NCBI RefSeq assembly: GCF_964355755.1
Contig: NC_092680.1
Span: forward strand, 5,332,001-5,396,000
DNA: 64,000 nucleotides
Direction of reading: 5' to 3'
Source: Antedon mediterranea
Lineage: Eukaryota; Animalia; Echinodermata
Positions 60,926 through 64,000 of this stretch are shown here, piece by piece. Under the pieces are notes generated by a model. The model saw only the letters and a list, made by a program, of their open reading frames with translations, had not been told where the DNA came from and did no database searches. A program made the translations under genes and the position numbers. Within the stretch, counting starts at the first letter, position 1. Each line of letters begins with the position of its first letter.

Positions 60926-63900
60926 ATTATAATAAATAAAATATAGCTACTGTACTACCTATCTACCTGTACACAAATACTGTATATCTAATTTGTTATC
61001 GCATTGATGTTATTCTATGACCATGTTTGGTATAGACATGCAATATAACAATTATAAAACTAAATATTATTTAATTAGTTTTGATATTGAAGGAAAAACA
61101 GTAAAAGTAAACATTGCCATTTGCTATAACTCTACTCTTTATTGAGTCCTAATTTGAATTTCCTGACGAAAATTACAAGCAATAATACATGTACATATGT
61201 GAATTGTACAGTAGTTAAGATAAATGGTTTTGGCTAAACATTAGTAAAAGAAATGTTTTATGCTTAGTTTACTAAAAAGAAAACGTTTGTGTTAGCATGG
61301 ATTGCATACAGGAGTGGTGTGTAAGGTGTGTGTGTTGATTTTTGTGTATACTCAATTGTGCACCACCACACACAGAATGTACATGTGCTCAACACAAACG
61401 CGTCTATTTGCTGTTTTAAGAACCATTGGTGTACAACTTCAATCATTTTACATTGTGTGAGAGAATGATGTTAAGACAAAGAGCCTTCTCATGTTTACGT
61501 TATGTCACTTTATGTTAAGAACATTCTTGCATATTAAAATTTTTATTTCAAAATCAAAGGTTTTTTTTTTTGTGTCAAATAAGAAATATTTTAATGGTTT
61601 GATGATAATGACAATTGCCCCAAAAAGTTACTAGCATTTATTATTATATAACTTTTAATGTAATATAAAAATATTGATATAGATGTGGTTTGTGTAATGC
61701 GCTGTATAAAGTAAAATAATTTAGAAGCGTAGATTTCTAAACAAAAAAACAACACAGTAAAACAAAGATACATGATCTGATCGTCACATTGTTTCAGTGT
61801 AGAGGAATTAGTTTAATGCAGATGAGTAGCCCAACAGATAATAAGGAAAAATAAAAATGAACACCAAGAAAGTTTGAATGTGTTGTTGGAAAGGTAGGTT
61901 TTTATTTTCTGCTTTGAATAATGCATGTTTCATCTCGCATATCAGAGAGAAGTGAATTTCACAATTAAACATCTTTTGAGGAAACAAAACTTCAGAATAC
62001 AACAGATATTAAATTGCTGGTGCTAATACAATATACAGTATAGGATTCTAAAGTAAAGGTGGATATTGGCTGATTCAAACCGATACAGAAAAAGGGAGAA
62101 ATAAAATAAAATCCTTTAGTTAAAAGTGCAGGCTTACATCATAATGCATTGTGGTATGTTCCATAACTGTTCAGTTTTTTGTGGATAAAGAGAATGAGAA
62201 ATCCCGAGAAATCAAACGTATTGTAGTTGGTACCAAATCGGTTCCACAAAATGTGGTCACTAATCACATTACAACTCGGATTGGGTACCAATTTTGTACC
62301 AAAAAGATACCTGCGGGAGTTTAGTGTTTACCGGACCGTTTACGCCACAACACACATGGCGAAATGTTACAGTGTTTTAACCTAATTTACCCATTTTTAC
62401 TCTGGAATTGTGTTTTAAGTTCTTTTAGTATTATAAATAAAGGATCAGGTGCCGTTTTCGGCCACCTCAACTTGTATGGACTATACCATTATAAAAAGAT
62501 GGGAAAATAGGGGTGTCACATTTATTAATTGAGTGTGTTAATGTGTTAAAATACTGCTTCTTTTGTTCTTTTGTTTAGTGCATTATGTTTTAGCAACAAA
62601 GGGAAAACAACTACGCCCTGCACGCTGTAGAATTAATTTCAGTTTTCAAGTTAATACAGTATATTATGGTTCTAATTATTTCTATATCATTTTTAGGTAT
62701 CCTTTCTTAATATATTAGGTGGATTCCCTAAGGTGGATATTGAATAATTTTTACGGATTTATAGATATAGTATATAAAGAAATTAGTTTTTATTCCAGTT
62801 ACAAATAAGAAATATAATTTATCTAACGATAACACAGTAGTACATTTAATAAAGATGACAGTAGTACATTTAATAAGATCTATAACATACTGATTATTAG
62901 GTAATCAGTAAAACAAATAAACATTATAATTTTGTCATTGAATCTGTACCATTTTGTTCCCAGAAAACACAGCGTTTGACATTGCGTGTTTTTAGGTTTG
63001 GTTTTTCTAAAACGTTTGAAACACGTTTTTAAACGTTTCTGTAGTGTGTATAAATACATGTTCTAATTGAACAACGTAGCACACCTTTTCAATTCGGTCT
63101 TTATCCCCTTACATTTCCTTACTGATATTCCCAGCCCAATATACAATATGCCCAAATAGAACATCACTGATTAGTAAAACATAAACATTCTATAGTACAA
63201 ATATCCTACTTTACCCCAAAGAACCGAGTTTCCTTTTACAGTCTAATTGTATTTAAGTTCTTAACTATGACCAACATGTCCACCCATTTACTTATATTTG
63301 TTAACAGTCTCCTTTCATTTAATTGATGTACTGTCAGACCAATTATGTTTTCGAAAATCAATCCTTATTTCTTTTGTTTTATTTATGTTTAGTTCAAGAA
63401 AATTGTTGCCATAATCGGTAAATCGAATAATCTCAGAAAGGTACAGAGAATAATTGTTGTTATAAGTCCAACTATAGCCGAGTCGTCGTAAAATAAAAAT
63501 ACATATAATTATGTCGTCAATTAATCTGTTACCATTTTGTTTCTGTATCTACAATCGTTTCTGGATCTGGATGAATACTGACGAAGGACCACATGGGTAT
63601 TTGCGCCAGGGGGTGCGTCTCTCGGTGTGCAAACATCATACTTAACTGAATTTGTTTTATAATTTGTTATTATTTTTTTTTAATTTATTAATTTCACAAC
63701 TTCACAAAACTGACCAAACAATGACAAAAAAAAAGAAAACGTTTCTGTCAATGAATCTTCAATTATGTTCGTCTCACTGTGCCATTTCTTGGGTTCAAAT
63801 TCATGTTGTTGGGATTTATCTCTTGCAAATAAAAAATATAGTTTATCTATACCGATAGGATTGGGCCGATTAGAATGCATTTGCCAACATTCTTTTAAAT

Positions 63901-64000
63901 ATTTCACAACATTATAGAGTTTAGGTAATTTAACCGATTGTAATGTAGTATTTAGGATGTTTGAATTCTGTTCTGTACTGTAGTTTTAAATATGTTTTGA

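Noticed and set aside
61297-61420. Cys-rich frame (CIQEWCVRCVC*...ECTC) as the missing vWC exon
   Set aside because: In-frame stop, not in phase with the nearby acceptor, no CCPxC motif; explained by TG-rich sequence.
63578-63610. CTGACGAAGGACC hammerhead-like start
   Set aside because: No GAAA box after the putative stem II.

Overview
AT-rich invertebrate animal genomic DNA with no prokaryotic features. Deuterostome or echinoderm affinity is only an inference from the repeat content. The window is dominated by one complete + strand peroxidasin gene. I assembled 16 GT-AG coding exons by hand (4425..58604; 4158 nt including the stop, about 1385 aa), encoding a signal peptide, LRRNT, LRRs, LRRCT, four Ig domains, an intact heme peroxidase domain, an RRKR convertase site and a coiled coil. 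No vWC exon is visible in the window. The ~35 kb first intron contains a second, diverged signal-peptide+LRRNT first exon (6721..6878) that the ORF track misses, a candidate recursive splice site (27609/27610), an antisense minimal hammerhead ribozyme in a Penelope-like relic, and many non-autonomous DNA transposons, SINE relics and minisatellites. The probable last two coding exons of an unidentified upstream gene lie at 66..912. All calls come from reading the sequence by eye; nothing was searched or aligned computationally.
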